Below, one piece after another: positions 1 through 12,035 of a stretch of 64,000 bases of DNA. Position 1 is the stretch's first letter. Each line of letters starts with the position of its first letter. The notes beneath the pieces are model-generated. The model saw only the letters and a list, made by a program, of their open reading frames with translations. It did no database searches and was not told the DNA's origin. The translations under genes were made by a program, and so were the position numbers. This stretch comes from Selaginella moellendorffii (taxonomy: Eukaryota > Plantae > Lycopodiophyta), in the NCBI RefSeq assembly GCF_000143415.4, contig NW_003314287.1:394203-458202 (forward strand). The letters are read 5' to 3'.

Positions 1-2060
1 AATGACTCTTGCACTTGTGGAGCACAATGCCCATCTAGAGGAGGTAGAGATGCAGCCTTGGCCACCAGATGAGGCCACTTCACTTAATATTGACCTAGCA
101 TGACTTGCATTTGCATTGCCAAGGGGATTTCTCTTCATCCTCTAGAGTTACTATCCATTAAGCTATACCTTTACAAGAAAGTCTTCATGTGACATTATGA
201 GCAATGATAAGAACATATTTGCAGCGACTTAAAGGCTATTTCTAGCCACAACTTTTTTGCTGCACCTTCTCCAGCTCTCCACCATAGTCCACAACACTCT
301 GACACAAAAGATGGATGACAGGCTAGAAGCTTACAAATTATCTATCAGCCAAAGGTGGCAAAAGTAACACCTTTTTTCCACCACCAGCCCAGCTCTTTTC
401 AGAAGCTTCTCCAACCTTAGGATGTCACATTGGACCTCTCCAACCACAAGATATTAGCTATAACCTCACCCATAATGATCGTGGCACTTCACTCAACCAT
501 TGGATTCTTATGAGCACTTTAGACTGAGTTCACTATTTTGGAGATTCTTCCTTCCATGCTTTAGGGGCTTTAGACATTGCCATACACAGCCGAGCTCCAA
601 ATTTGCTCATTTCGGCAATTCTACTCACTTTGGACCTACATTACATCACACATTAGAGGGTGACATAGTAGCTTTTGCAGCATCTCTGGCCTCCTTTATG
701 ACTCTTTAGGACCTCCTAGCACAAACTCAATCATTGCTCAATCTATGTAATTTCGACAAGGCAAGCCCTTTTCAATGGGATAACTTGTGATGCTCCATGA
801 TTTAGTCATCCATAACATTCTCCCCTAGGTGGCTTGGTCCCTTCTTCATCAAGAAGCACATTAGATGTGGTGTTTACATCCTCATAGATGAGGTAGGGTA
901 GGAGTTGTCTCTTTCTCTCTCACTCTCTTAGGTGAGCTCATTTCACTCTCTTTTTCTTCCTTTTCTTTTCTTTTTCTTTTTTTACCTCTGCTTTGATCTC
1001 TTCTTTGTCACATCCAAGATGCGATTTTTATGATAGAGTAAGCATAAGCTTGGACTTTCACTTTAAAGCTACATCAACTCCTCTCATTTGGAAGCTCATC
1101 AATTTCACGGTTTGCTACTCACAGTTCCTATGTTTTCTTTACATGATATCATTCCATCTATCTTCAACATCACTCTCCATTACTCATAGTCACAATTGAT
1201 TTATTTCACTACTTGCTACACCACTATTTACCACTCACTACAATTGCTTGGTTCACATTTCTTCACTTTTCTCACCATGCAAAAATGATCTTGAGGATCC
1301 TATTACATCACTCTATTCATCATCAAAATACACAGCAAAAACATCAAGAAACAGCCAAATCTAACATGTCAAACTCAAGATATGATACAGATTATCTCGA
1401 TGTAGCAAGTACAGGTAAATCTAGGACACTTAGCAACTGATTCTTGAGAGCTGGTTGGACCAGATGCACACAAAAAACCAGGAATTACTTTGGATGGACT
1501 ATCATATATGCTGCTGAATACGTTGACTATATTCACAAGTTGCCAAATCCCCTCTACTATCACTCCATTACAATTGGCTATCACTATCTTCCACCATGCA
1601 TTTATTAGGCAGCCATCTTTCATCATTCTTGTAGTTACCATTCCTAGGCAACACATTCACTTTCATCACTTCATTCCCTTGGAACTTTGAGAGCAGTTAG
1701 GCTATGTTTAAGACACTTTCTAGAGGTGAGGAGGCCTTAAGTTGGAGTTCAAGTAACTGGTTCTCCTATTTAGTTTTATGTTTCTATCTTCTCTTTTTCC
1801 ATTTTTCCTTTGTTCTCTTTTTCTTCTCTCATTTTCACGTTTTTTTCCTCCACTTTCATTTTAGTGTTTATTTCTTTTGTCAAGTTTTCCCATGTGATTT
1901 CCCCTTGACTCTAGAACTCTATGCTCTCTTTCTTATTTTTCACTTTCCTTTGTTTTTTCTTTGGTCTCTTCTCCTCATAGCAATTATTGACATAGGGCAT
2001 CACCTTGGAGTCTACACCAACACTTTGGGTATGGGTTCTTTAATGCAACGTAGCTAGTAT
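1..2060 (+). mobile_element. Highly degenerate Ty3/Gypsy internal fragment (pol remnants, integrase C-terminus and pyrimidine-rich downstream region)
   Basis: About 830-900 translates RWLGPFFIKKHIRCGVYILIDE, an integrase C-terminal GPY/F-like segment. The downstream T/C-rich organisation parallels the reverse complement of 32480-33780. No intact ORF. Confidence 0.5.
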
Positions 2061-2720
2061 ATTTGTTTGTGGTCACTTGTTAGCTTTGTGTGAGATTCCC
2101 TAGATTATTCCACTATCAAAGTCATGAGAAAATGTTATTCCCTTTTTCCCTATTTTTTGAGTTCACACAAAAAGGATGCTTTTTTGTAAGGACGAATTTT
2201 GATAATCATTTATAATTAGTGGTGCCTTTGATCTTTATTCCATATTTTCTTTATGCCTACCATAATTTTTCTATTCTATGTGAGCATATAGGACATCATC
2301 GTATGATTGAGAAGCTATGTAGGTCTTTCTATTGGTAAAAAATGTGACGTGATATTATTTAGTATATGAGTAGCTATGTTTGGTGTCAAGTTTGTAATAC
2401 TCTCTTTCATGCTATAGAAGGACAGTGGGAGTCAATTGTAATTTTTTGTTTATTTGAGTTGGTGGCATTTGATTTGATGGGGTTTTTTCCACAGATTGAT
2501 AATGAGTATATTATTATTACTTTTGACTATTTGACTCGCTAGGTGGAAGTTAGTGCTTTTGCTAGTGCATTTGCAACTATTGTTAGATATTTCCTCTTTA
2601 ATCAAATGGTGTTTCAACATTTTTGTCCCAAGTAAATTCTTTTGGATAATGATCCCATATTTATGGCTGAGACATTTCATGTTTTAATGTTTCAGTTGGG
2701 GATACACCACACTTTCATGA

Positions 2721-3387
2721 TGTAGCGCATGTGATCATGGGATGAGATTTGGATATACTGTCACCGTGGATCCTTGGAACCTTGAAGGATAAATGGGGAT
2801 AAAATAGCCACTAAAGGCTCTCTCATCAAGCAATTGCCTATTTTCCAATTAGTTTAAGGGGAGAGAGATAAAGTGCGCTACAGTTGGTATCGGAGCAAAT
2901 GGCACGGGTTCGATTCCCATTGATTAATGGCTACTTAAAAATATAATATACCCTTGAGCAAGGTATATTCCTACCCCTAAATTTGAAATCGTACGTATTG
3001 GGCATCCATGCGTACGTCCTTCCTCTTGTGTGGAGTATCCACGGACGAAGGTATCCACCGTGGGACTGCGATACGGGTGGATGACTAGTTGCCTCACATG
3101 GAATAACTGATTTACACAATAGAAGGATTAGTAAATTGAGTGCGGAAATGGAGGTGCTAGTTCCCCTTGGCTTAGTAGAGGTCAATAGTTAATCAGGACA
3201 TTGACATCTCTGAAGGGGGGGTGAGTGTAGCGCATGTGATTATGGGATGAGATTTGGATATACTGTCACCGTGGATCCTTGGAACCTTGGGGGATAAATA
3301 GGGATAAAATAGCCACTAAGGGCTCTCTCATCAAGCAATTGCCCCTTTTCCAGTTGGTTTAAGAGGAGAGAGATAAGGTGCGCTACA
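2721..3387 (+). mobile_element. TRIM (non-autonomous mini LTR retrotransposon), copy 1
   Basis: 162-bp LTRs at 2721-2882 and 3226-3387 with TGTAGCGCA...TGCGCTACA inverted termini. tRNA-iMet-type PBS tggtatcggagc after the 5' LTR, PPT gaagggggggtgag, non-coding ~340-bp interior. Confidence 0.92.
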
Positions 3388-3391
3388 GTAA

Positions 3392-4538
3392 TGTAGCGCA
3401 CGTGGTTTTGACCCTTTATCTTATGGTGATTTACCATAGGATAACATCATGAAGTGGTACCTAAACCCTCTTTGTGCCATGTGATAGATGCCACATGTCA
3501 CATGCCACATGTCCATGCCACGTGTCCATAGGAACCTGAGGTTCAGGGCCTTGGCCACTGAACGAAGAAACGGTGCCAAAACCCCCAAGCATGGAGCCAA
3601 GGAGTGACGAAACTGAACCACGGAGTAACTCCCAAGCATGCAGCCCAAGGAGCGAAGGGACAGGAGCCCGGAGTGACTTGGAACAGTCCTAGAGTAACCA
3701 GCATCCCAATGCCAGGACCAGCACACAAAACGGAGCCAAATGGAGTCTGGCGCTATTTCGGCATACCGGTGGCCTAACATGAGGATATGGGTACTCCACC
3801 AACTAGCATGGAATGGAACTTGGGCTTAGACCTAAGCCGGACACAGAACAAGGATAGGCACGCAAGTGGGAGCTACACTATGCCTCAAGTTGGTCGGCCA
3901 TGCCCGACCTACCCACTATCCCTACTATACATTTGGAACCCCCCACAGCCCCCCCCCCCCTTGAGGAACACACGCTTTGGGCTTTCACCCCAAGCCTCCC
4001 TTAGTATCAGGAGTTAGTCTCTGGGACAAGCTCGAAACTTACTAAATATGGAATGTCCTTAGATTGCGAATTTGGACATGGGACAAACACCATTGTGTTC
4101 AGGCCGATCTCTACATTCCGTAGATATGCCATATGAACAAATCTGGACACTTTCCATAAATAGCATTTGGGACCGAAATGAGACTAACACAAAGGGCATG
4201 ATAGCGAGGGTGTTTGGCAGACACGGTAAGCTATCATGTAGCGATATTGAGAGACTAATCTCAATACGCGAGGGTTCTTGTCACTAGCAAGTGCAAGACA
4301 AAACGAGACGGGAACTCCTTACCGGCTAAGTATGCTTAGCTAATAACACGTAGGAATTCCGTCCTTATGCTCGTCTGGTCTAAGTACACTCGAAATGCCC
4401 AGTTAACTCCATTAGCACAAGAGGGGCTGATAAAGGGTCCAGCAATACTGACCTCCTGCCATCGTGGCAGTAAGGTAAGAGTGTCCGTAAGGACTAGTTG
4501 ACAGGTAACTTTCGATACCCGAAGTCACATTCGCGACA
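3392..4538 (+). mobile_element. ~1.15-kb LTR (family B), joined to TRIM copy 1
   Basis: Termini tgtagcgcac...tcgcgaca. Reverse-complement match to 28113-29260. Orientation inferred from a TATA-like motif near 3925. Confidence 0.85.
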
Positions 4539-6121
4539 CATGAGTGTTTATCATCATTCACTTTGGTGGAATGACTTGTTTAGACCTTAAAAGGGATAAT
4601 CACAAAGTATATAAACTTTCAATATTTGAATTAAAATGGCTATTTACCATCACTTCAGTATATATATGTTATATGGGTGTAAAATTCTATTGATGCTTCA
4701 CCATATAAACTTTTATATGGTCATAATCTAATGGAGTTAGGTTTACTTTTGTAATTGTTATGAACTACAAATGGTTGGTTTTAGGATTAGTATTTGACAA
4801 GCATTCTTCCATTGGTCTAAGTAGAGTTTGTCGAACACCTACGCTGGATACAAATGGGATAATAACAATGCTACAACTCCCATCATCATCCACTTAAGAA
4901 TTACAAAATAGATGTGATGTTATTCCATTTTCCCAATCTTACAATATATGGTTTGTCTAAAGTCTTTCTTGTTTAGTAGAAGGGACTATATCAAGTGTTA
5001 CGGCAAATTGGGTTGCAAATTTATGAGGTTTAGCATGACATCTAATATGCTAATCCTTTAAAAATTGTGTATATACAGCGGCTGAAACACTTTATACAAA
5101 AGGATCAAAAACAACTAATACCACATATAAGTCTATCGATGTTTTTAAGCCCATCCATTAGAGAACATTGACTATTTTCCATCCTTTCGAGGGGAGGGGA
5201 TGATGTAAGGATTAAATGTACAATTACCATGCTATATCTTAATATTAGTGTGGTGGGATTTGATAGCTATTGGATTGTGGACCACATGCTTCTGTGTATA
5301 AACTAGGGTTTTTGGGTTAATTAATATGCACATTTTTGTATTCCATTTCCATATTCCATGCACTCATAATATATATGTATGTATGTATGTATATATTACC
5401 TTATCTAGGTAATATACTAATTATAGTACTGTATCCATTTGGGATTAAATCCGGTAGGTTTAAACCTTAATTAATACATCAATAACTAAAGCATTATAAT
5501 TACTAAATATATATTTTTTTATTAGATCCAATTGCAACCTGGTTCTATATAAAACATTTTATAACTTTCATTTTATATAAGCTGTAAACATGCTGCATCA
5601 TAATAATGATTTGTTGCATTAAACAGAAACATGATTTTCTTTGGTTTTTATAAGTTTTATAGAATTTCATTTTTATACTTCCATGGGCTAGAATCTATGC
5701 CCTTCATGAGAGCTCAATGATGTAAAATTTGATAGCTTAGCTTTAAGGTTCATGGCTTTGTGTTGGCATGCTGTTTCAGACAATGTGAATCCTTTTAACT
5801 TAGAGGATAATATGTAGAAGTGTTGCAATTCCTCCTAATGGTTTTATGAAGATCCCAAAGCTGACAACAAAAATCCTACTATAGTTTGGGAAATTTCACT
5901 TGGTACTCTTAAAATCCTAGCTATGAAGAACTTCATCGCTTTTTTGCCACCCTGTACACTTGCAATGATTTATATTGAAAGAAAATTATAGAGAAAGTTT
6001 ACGAGACAGCCATAAGATTAGGGAATATCCTAGAATACAATAGGATATTCTAGGCCTATTCTTTACACAAACGGGTCTGTGCTATTCAAAATGATTTTGC
6101 AATATTATCCAACATGAAAAA

Positions 6122-6905
6122 TTATCCTTGATTTCTCATAAATAAATTAAGTATATTTCTAAAGCGCGCTGGAAATTTGATTGGTTTGTCGTTCTTGTCC
6201 AGACAAACAACAATCCTTTTAGCCTCTAACACTGGCTGCAAACAAGAAAGAACTTGAAAACCCAAAAGCAAAGGTTCTAAACAAAACCAACGGACTTCTT
6301 TGTGAGGAAGCTTGTAAATGTTGTGGTCGAAAAACAGTCTCACAGCCGACGATCCAGTTATCCTAGCCGTAACAAGGAAAACATCCCCTGACTGGCATAA
6401 GTAACATTAATACCCCGGACAGATAGAACAAGAATTAGGAGATCATACTTTCAAAGGGCTCAAGTACTTGATGTTGAGCTCCGCAAGCGCAAGCACAGCA
6501 CCAGTCCCGGCAAGAGCCTCAGTATTGATTCCCAGCTCTTCAAATAACTCGTGTCTTGCTGGGTGAAAATTTGGCACCTTTCAAAGCGTATGAGCACAGG
6601 AAAAGCTTGGAACTGGATAAACCATACCATGGTCGCAGTAGCTCGCGTACACCGTGTTCTGTACGAGACCATAGTTGTTTAACTCGTAATCGCGCACCTT
6701 GAGCTCAATTTCATATGCTTCGCTCATGCTGCAAGTTTAACAAATGGTGGGCTTAGTCACATTTCCGAAAGTCCACAAGAATTTACCTATGTTGCGGGCC
6801 AAAGAATTCTCCCTTGACGCTGTCCCGTGCAGATCCAATGCTGAGCGGCATCGCTAGGAAAGAGGGATCAAGAACCCTAAAATCGCGCGAAACGCTATTC
6901 GGCAT
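6122..6905 (-). pseudogene. ALT: Acyl-lipid thioesterase / methylketone synthase 2-like hot-dog fold protein; +1 frameshift at 6678-6681 (pseudogene or assembly error)
   Basis: Spliced translation over 5 GT-AG exons: [16 protein letters not shown](fs)[28 protein letters not shown]...LAELNIKYLSPLKSGDVFLVTARITGSSAVRLFFDHNIYKLPHKEPVLEAK...FMRNQG*. This matches ALT/MKS2 ([23 protein letters not shown]). Start uncertain (6851 or 6905). Confidence 0.85.
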
Positions 6906-7644
6906 ATTCTAGCTCCCTTTCGGGGTCTTTTAGGCATCGACTATGGACGGCCTGGATTGCATGACATACGAATATACTCCTTAAATTTTTTTGACAAGGC
7001 ATGTTTACCAAACCCGACATTTCAACGACGTAATGACGATCAACAGGTGGTTGCCTCTCAATTTCTCACCGCAACATTTTTGCCACGTGTCTCGAACTTA
7101 TTTCGTCTTGGTTGCCAGTCACACTGCTCATCAATGCTGCGGTCCACCAGAGACTTAAATCCAGTTGAAACTTACGCGATAGACCACACTCTTGTCGTGT
7201 GTGGTCGTCTCCCAAAACTTCTCCGTCGTCTCTCCTCTCCATCAGCCGAAAGGTTCTTTCGTCAGTCTTAAGACGCAGAGATTCCATCCACCTAAAGACA
7301 AGCTCCCCGACCATGACTGCAAAGCTGAAAAAAGAAAAAGTTTTGCTCAGATACGTGTTAGCTATCGCCAGTGAAAAGTACCTGCGTCGATTCCTGGGCC
7401 TTTTGATATCGTCTTAAGTCTTCTGCGTGTCGAATCGACGAGCCGGATAACTCCAAAGCAGTCGAGGCGCCATGGCGGTTGACGTCTTCGTTTCCCTGCC
7501 TTTCCCTTCCCAGCTTCCCATTTCCCTACATAGTTTTTTCAAGGAGCTGCCATGGAGGACTACGACGTGTCCTCTCCATTATTCTGCTCCATCCATCCCC
7601 CGCAGTGCTCTGGTTTGTAGCAGCAGCAGCAGCAGCTAGAAGCG

Positions 7645-8201
7645 ATGGGGAATTGCCAAGCTTCCGACGCGGTCGCAACGCTGATAGAGTATCCCAACGG
7701 GCGGATGGAGCGCTTGTACTGGACAATCTCTGCTCGTCAGGTGATGCTACAAAATCCCGGCTACTATGTTGCAGTCTACGTGTGGCCAAAGCCTTCATCG
7801 TCTCCAAAACGGAAGCCCAAAATGAAAATCCTGCCCCCCTCGGCCATACTTGCCACTGGCAACTGCTACCGGCTCATCAGCTTTGAAGGTCAGTGTCGTT
7901 CGATCCTTGACAGAGTGCTGAACCTGGCCTTGCAGAAGTACTAAACAACTTCTCCAGTAGGAAAATTGGCACCAGTCGAGTAAGTGGCATGGTCGATGCA
8001 GCATTTCTAACAGCACCGGATTCGTCCAAGTCAGGCACGGGGTCTCAGGTAGTCGAGCTGTTTGAGAAATCCACCATATGATTCTGTTCCTTCCTCGTTG
8101 TGCAGTTCCAAACCTTTCCAGATGCCCGTGAGCTAGGAATGGGCATGTCGATTGCGAAGCCATGGAGGCCCTCACTAAAGAGTATTGCCGAGACTATGTG
8201 A
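7645..8201 (+). CDS. DUF4228 / PADRE-domain protein, 3 exons (7645-7888, 7936-8048, 8106-8201)
   Basis: N-terminal MGNCQA motif, LYWTISARQVMLQNPGYYVA, GNCYRLISFEEV and C-terminal WRPSLKSIAE signature; GT-AG introns. Confidence 0.92.
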
Positions 8202-8310
8202 AGGTGCACGTGTCCGTTGAAATCTTGTACATAATATCTGCAGCATAGACTTGGTCGACAAGAAAATTCAAAATAACAATGGTACTTTACCGTCTCTTTT
8301 GAGTTCAAAA

Positions 8311-11300
8311 TTATTCGAGCCTCGGACGTTTCCCTGGAGGAGACTGAGGATCTGGAATTGGACTTTGGTTGTCGTTTGGTACGCCTTGATCGACGTTCGC
8401 ATCGTTGTTCGGGGCGTTGGCTGCCGCCTCAGTGTTGTTGGTTAAGGCTCCACTAACAAAAGAGTCACTGATCATAGATGGCCCCAGGAAATCAAGCCTT
8501 CGCCTGCAAATACAATTAAAAACCAGATGGTGTGAACCTTGTGAACAACTAACCCGTTTGACGAATTTAAGCGACAGTTAATTGCAGTAAGATCTTTCGA
8601 AGGGCTTTGGTATGCGTGAGTACTTTCGCCAACACAAGCATACAAACTTTTTGAGTGTGGGGACATGATGTTTTCAACCTGTACGAGCTCGTCATATCCA
8701 ACCAGAAAGCAAAGAGCTTACCTTTGTATTTCGAAGAGGGGAGACATACACATTGTGCCTGGCAGATACTTTTCTCGGAGACATGTCGGGAATGGCTGGG
8801 AGGACAGATGGCCGTGGAGGTGAGTTAGGCGCTGCATTTACGACCAGCTCAAATCAGACTAACATGATTTTGGAACTCTTTACCTGTGTTTTCGTCTGCC
8901 ACATCACTTTGGCTTGCAGTCATAGACACCGAAGGTGGAGCGATTGTCACTAAAAATGACTTCACAGCAGGAACAAAAACAGTATTGTAAAATTTGATTA
9001 TATCTCCCGTCTCGGCAATCTGTTAGGGAAAACATAACATCTAAAAATTCAACAAAGATCCTTACCCCTCCCCGGTGTTTGAGATAAACACTCTTGAAAA
9101 CATGATTTCGGCTCTGAGGCTGCTTCCGGTACTGGAATATAATGTCTTTAAAGCTGACGTTAAGGCTCAAGACCTGCTCTTAAACAGCTGTGATTGGGTA
9201 ATCATCACAATATCATCGTACCTTGCATACGCCATACGTGCTACACAGTAGAATTTGATCAATGTGCCGGTTGAAAAAGATAGTTGTCCGATTCAGAGCG
9301 TACTCAACAACCTGGAAAATGTGCTCCACGACGAAACTAGGCTGCATAAGGCGTTCACAGAGAACTTTGATTCGGCTAGCGGCGAGCTTCAACACCTGCA
9401 CAGCAAAGCAGGTGGTCGAACGATGCGATGTAAGAGGATCTACATACCTTCTGAAAGAACACGACCATTACGATCTCATGCATAGCCTCGGTCGGTGAAT
9501 TTGATTCAGCTGCCATGTCTTCCCCTTTGGACGTCCCTCCTTGCGAATAAGACGGTATCAACGGTTCCAACGTTCGCAATGGTTCACTGATAAGTTCCAG
9601 ACGTCGTATGTCAGGTGCGAACCTGGGCTTAGCAACCACCAGCGAGTTATACATCGACGACCCCTTCTCCCAGGCCATGCTCTCTAAAAGCCGTTCCTCG
9701 ATAGAGTTTAAATGTCGTTTCAGCTCCCTTGGCAAAGTTGGTTCGTGCCTTACGAAAGACTCTATCACCTTGCTCAAGTCGAACGCAGTTATGCCAGTCG
9801 GTTCCAAAACAGCAGGAAACGCCAGAATGATGGTCTTGTGTGCCGCAAGGACCAACTCAGCAGAGCAGGCCAGCATGCACCGGTGAAACTTCTCGCTTGT
9901 CAGCACCGATGTCAAATTCTTGCTCTGAAGTCTCAGGAACTCGGCCCGACAAAGCGCCGTTAGAACTCTGTAGTAAAGCTTCGAGGCCTCCGATCTTCTT
10001 TGTACGGTCCATTCCGAGCTCCCACTGCTGTGGAGAGTGGCCCTCCAGCTGCCTTGGGGATAAACGGGAAATATTGCTTCCAGTAACGCTTTGCCCCTGT
10101 GCGTCACCTCTTCCGTTATGTCTCGGTCACACGACTTGAGGTAATCTAGTAATTCTATACTTGGTTCGGCGGGTAATGGTGCTATAACGGTCCGTAACCA
10201 CTTTGCTGTCGTCATAGTTACGCTAACAGGTGTCGGCGGCGGCATTCTAACTGCTTCAGATGACGATGGCGTTGGCATTTTAACTGTTCCGCCTTCCACA
10301 ACTTCACACAGCCTCTCCAGAATTTGCAGATGTGTGCCTAGCATATGGTCTTCGAGCAGGCCCTCAAAATACAATATGCCGTCTGCAACAGAATATCAAC
10401 ACTGGCTGGAAACTTACAAATTAGATAAACTTACCACAATTGAAACCTTGCAGGTTGCTAACAGCACTGGAGTCGCCTATGCCGGATAGACTTGGGAAAA
10501 CGGTCGGAATCATTTCTTGAATCTTTTGGAGCATCGACATAACATCACCTTCACAAGCATCTCCGACGCTGGAGATAGACGCTACAAGGTTCACCCCCTT
10601 GTCATCCCTTTTCGCTGCAAACAGGTTGTGTCAGTAACAGCACTACAAATGGCAAAACATACGAAAGAGAGACGTATTCTCCAATGAAAAGGATCGCAAC
10701 GACACCGGCATATGAACAATCATGACGACCTGTTCAAGAACGTCAGACATGGGAACAAAACGTCTGTTGCTTACAATGACACCCAGAAGCGCGTTCGTAC
10801 ACGTAACAAGATCAGGAAATTGCCCGAGGACGCGCATCCGCACAGCCAGGAAGAAAAACCAGCCAAAATGTTGCTGACCAGTGCTCGTCCCATCACTTAA
10901 CATTTGCGGCTTAAAGTAATCCAGATAATTCCTATTGTAGTGACTGCAGAGAAATTGTCATCGGAGAAGTTTAACAGTGCAAACAAGCTCACTTGAACAG
11001 AACCATCAAGTGCACGAAGGTTGCTTGGTCTTCCTTAGCCTGAAACAACGTCGAACTCTTTTAATCAGGAGTACAAGAAACAATCAGAAGCGATATACCT
11101 GAAGATGTTCCTGGAACTCTACCCCGTAAAGGTCATTCAGAGTTGCCGTGCATTTTTCTAAGAACTGTGGAAGCTCCCTGAAAAACTCGACAATACTGTT
11201 GACGAATTAAGCAGGCACAAAAGGATCAACAAAAAAAAAAAACAAAAACAATCTTACCTCACATTGGTCGCACGAAGAACTTGCGACACCGTAAAGGTGT

Positions 11301-11672
11301 GAGTTTCATTCCTATCCAGCTTCTTCAAGACATATAGAATGCATGCCATCCAAATACGCTCGGCCTCATCTGCCTGGAAAAAAAAAAAGACGACAAAGAA
11401 ACTTTGGAAAACCGACAAACACGAGAACTGCTTACCGAGCCACCGAGCACGGACGAATCCTTGAGCGATGTGATTGCGCGAAACAGCGCCACAGCTTTCT
11501 CCATGCGTATTTCATCCAAAGCGAGCCTTGCCTGTCAAATTTCCACGAACTGAGAGCCCGCCCAGCACAAGAAAAGAATCCAGACCTCGCAGCACTGCCT
11601 GAATCGAGCCTCGCCATCGAGCGCCGCGCGGCTGAAGGGAACAATCGATCGATCTTTCTCGTCGCCTGCCAT
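8311..11672 (-). CDS. RBR: Retinoblastoma-related protein (multi-exon)
   Basis: Pocket A: [15 protein letters not shown]...[41 protein letters not shown]. Pocket B: [25 protein letters not shown]-terminus: [37 protein letters not shown]. Start MAGDEK...EARFRQCCE; ends PGKRPRLE*. Confidence 0.96.
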
Positions 11673-11806
11673 TATACCCTGCCGCAACGCCACCGCCAGG
11701 AGATTCTAGCCTCCACCCTGAGACTACGACACCCTAGACGAGCCAGCGCCTCGATTTCATACGAACCCTAGGAGAGCGCACTCAATGCGAGGGAAATGAC
11801 CAACAA

Positions 11807-11815
11807 GGCGGGAAA
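11807..11815 (-). promoter_or_regulatory. Canonical E2F-binding site TTTCCCGCC in the RBR/fructokinase divergent promoter
   Basis: ggcgggaaa on the + strand, ~135 bp upstream of the RBR ATG; RBR genes are established E2F targets. Confidence 0.7.
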
Positions 11816-12035
11816 CTCTCTGGCGAGGCCAACAACGTTGTGACGCGTGCATTCATATTTGCCGGGCGTACACGTGGCAGTCCGCGATTGAGGGTGACTT
11901 TTACAAAGCTTCTTGTGCAAGCCTTGCAAGAGGCTTCAAGAAGAAGCTGTATAGACAAGGTGCCGAGCATATTCTTTTTAGTTAATTTTCCATGGAGCGT
12001 TTTTTTAGGGCTGGGAAATATTTTGCGCGGCAGTG

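Larger units (their letters stand above)
2100..5368 (+). mobile_element. Decayed Gypsy family A: integrase, PPT and 3' LTR (5204-5368), interrupted by the 2721-4538 insertion
   Basis: Sequence aligns by eye with 23300-24560 (FDYLTR.VE, FTSAYHP). It reads through the insertion as cacactttcatga|gtgtttatcatc. PPT gaggggagggga precedes tgtaagg...cactcata. Confidence 0.8.

Noticed and set aside
2721-3387. TRIM as a Cassandra element or a hammerhead retrozyme
   Set aside because: I see no 5S rRNA similarity in the LTR and no CTGANGA...GAAA hammerhead core.
2931-3437. Recurring short ORFs (e.g. HPPVSQSHGGYLRPW, ALSGYFIPIYPPRF), also at 31.5-32.3 kb and 44.2 kb
   Set aside because: These are antisense translations of the non-coding TRIM; starts and stops differ between copies.
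5640-5960. Possible decayed coding fragment
   Set aside because: Contains stops and no recognisable motif.
11533-11555. In-frame TGA near the RBR 5' end suggesting a pseudogene
   Set aside because: It falls in intron 1 when the tttgacag acceptor and the ATG at 11672 are used.
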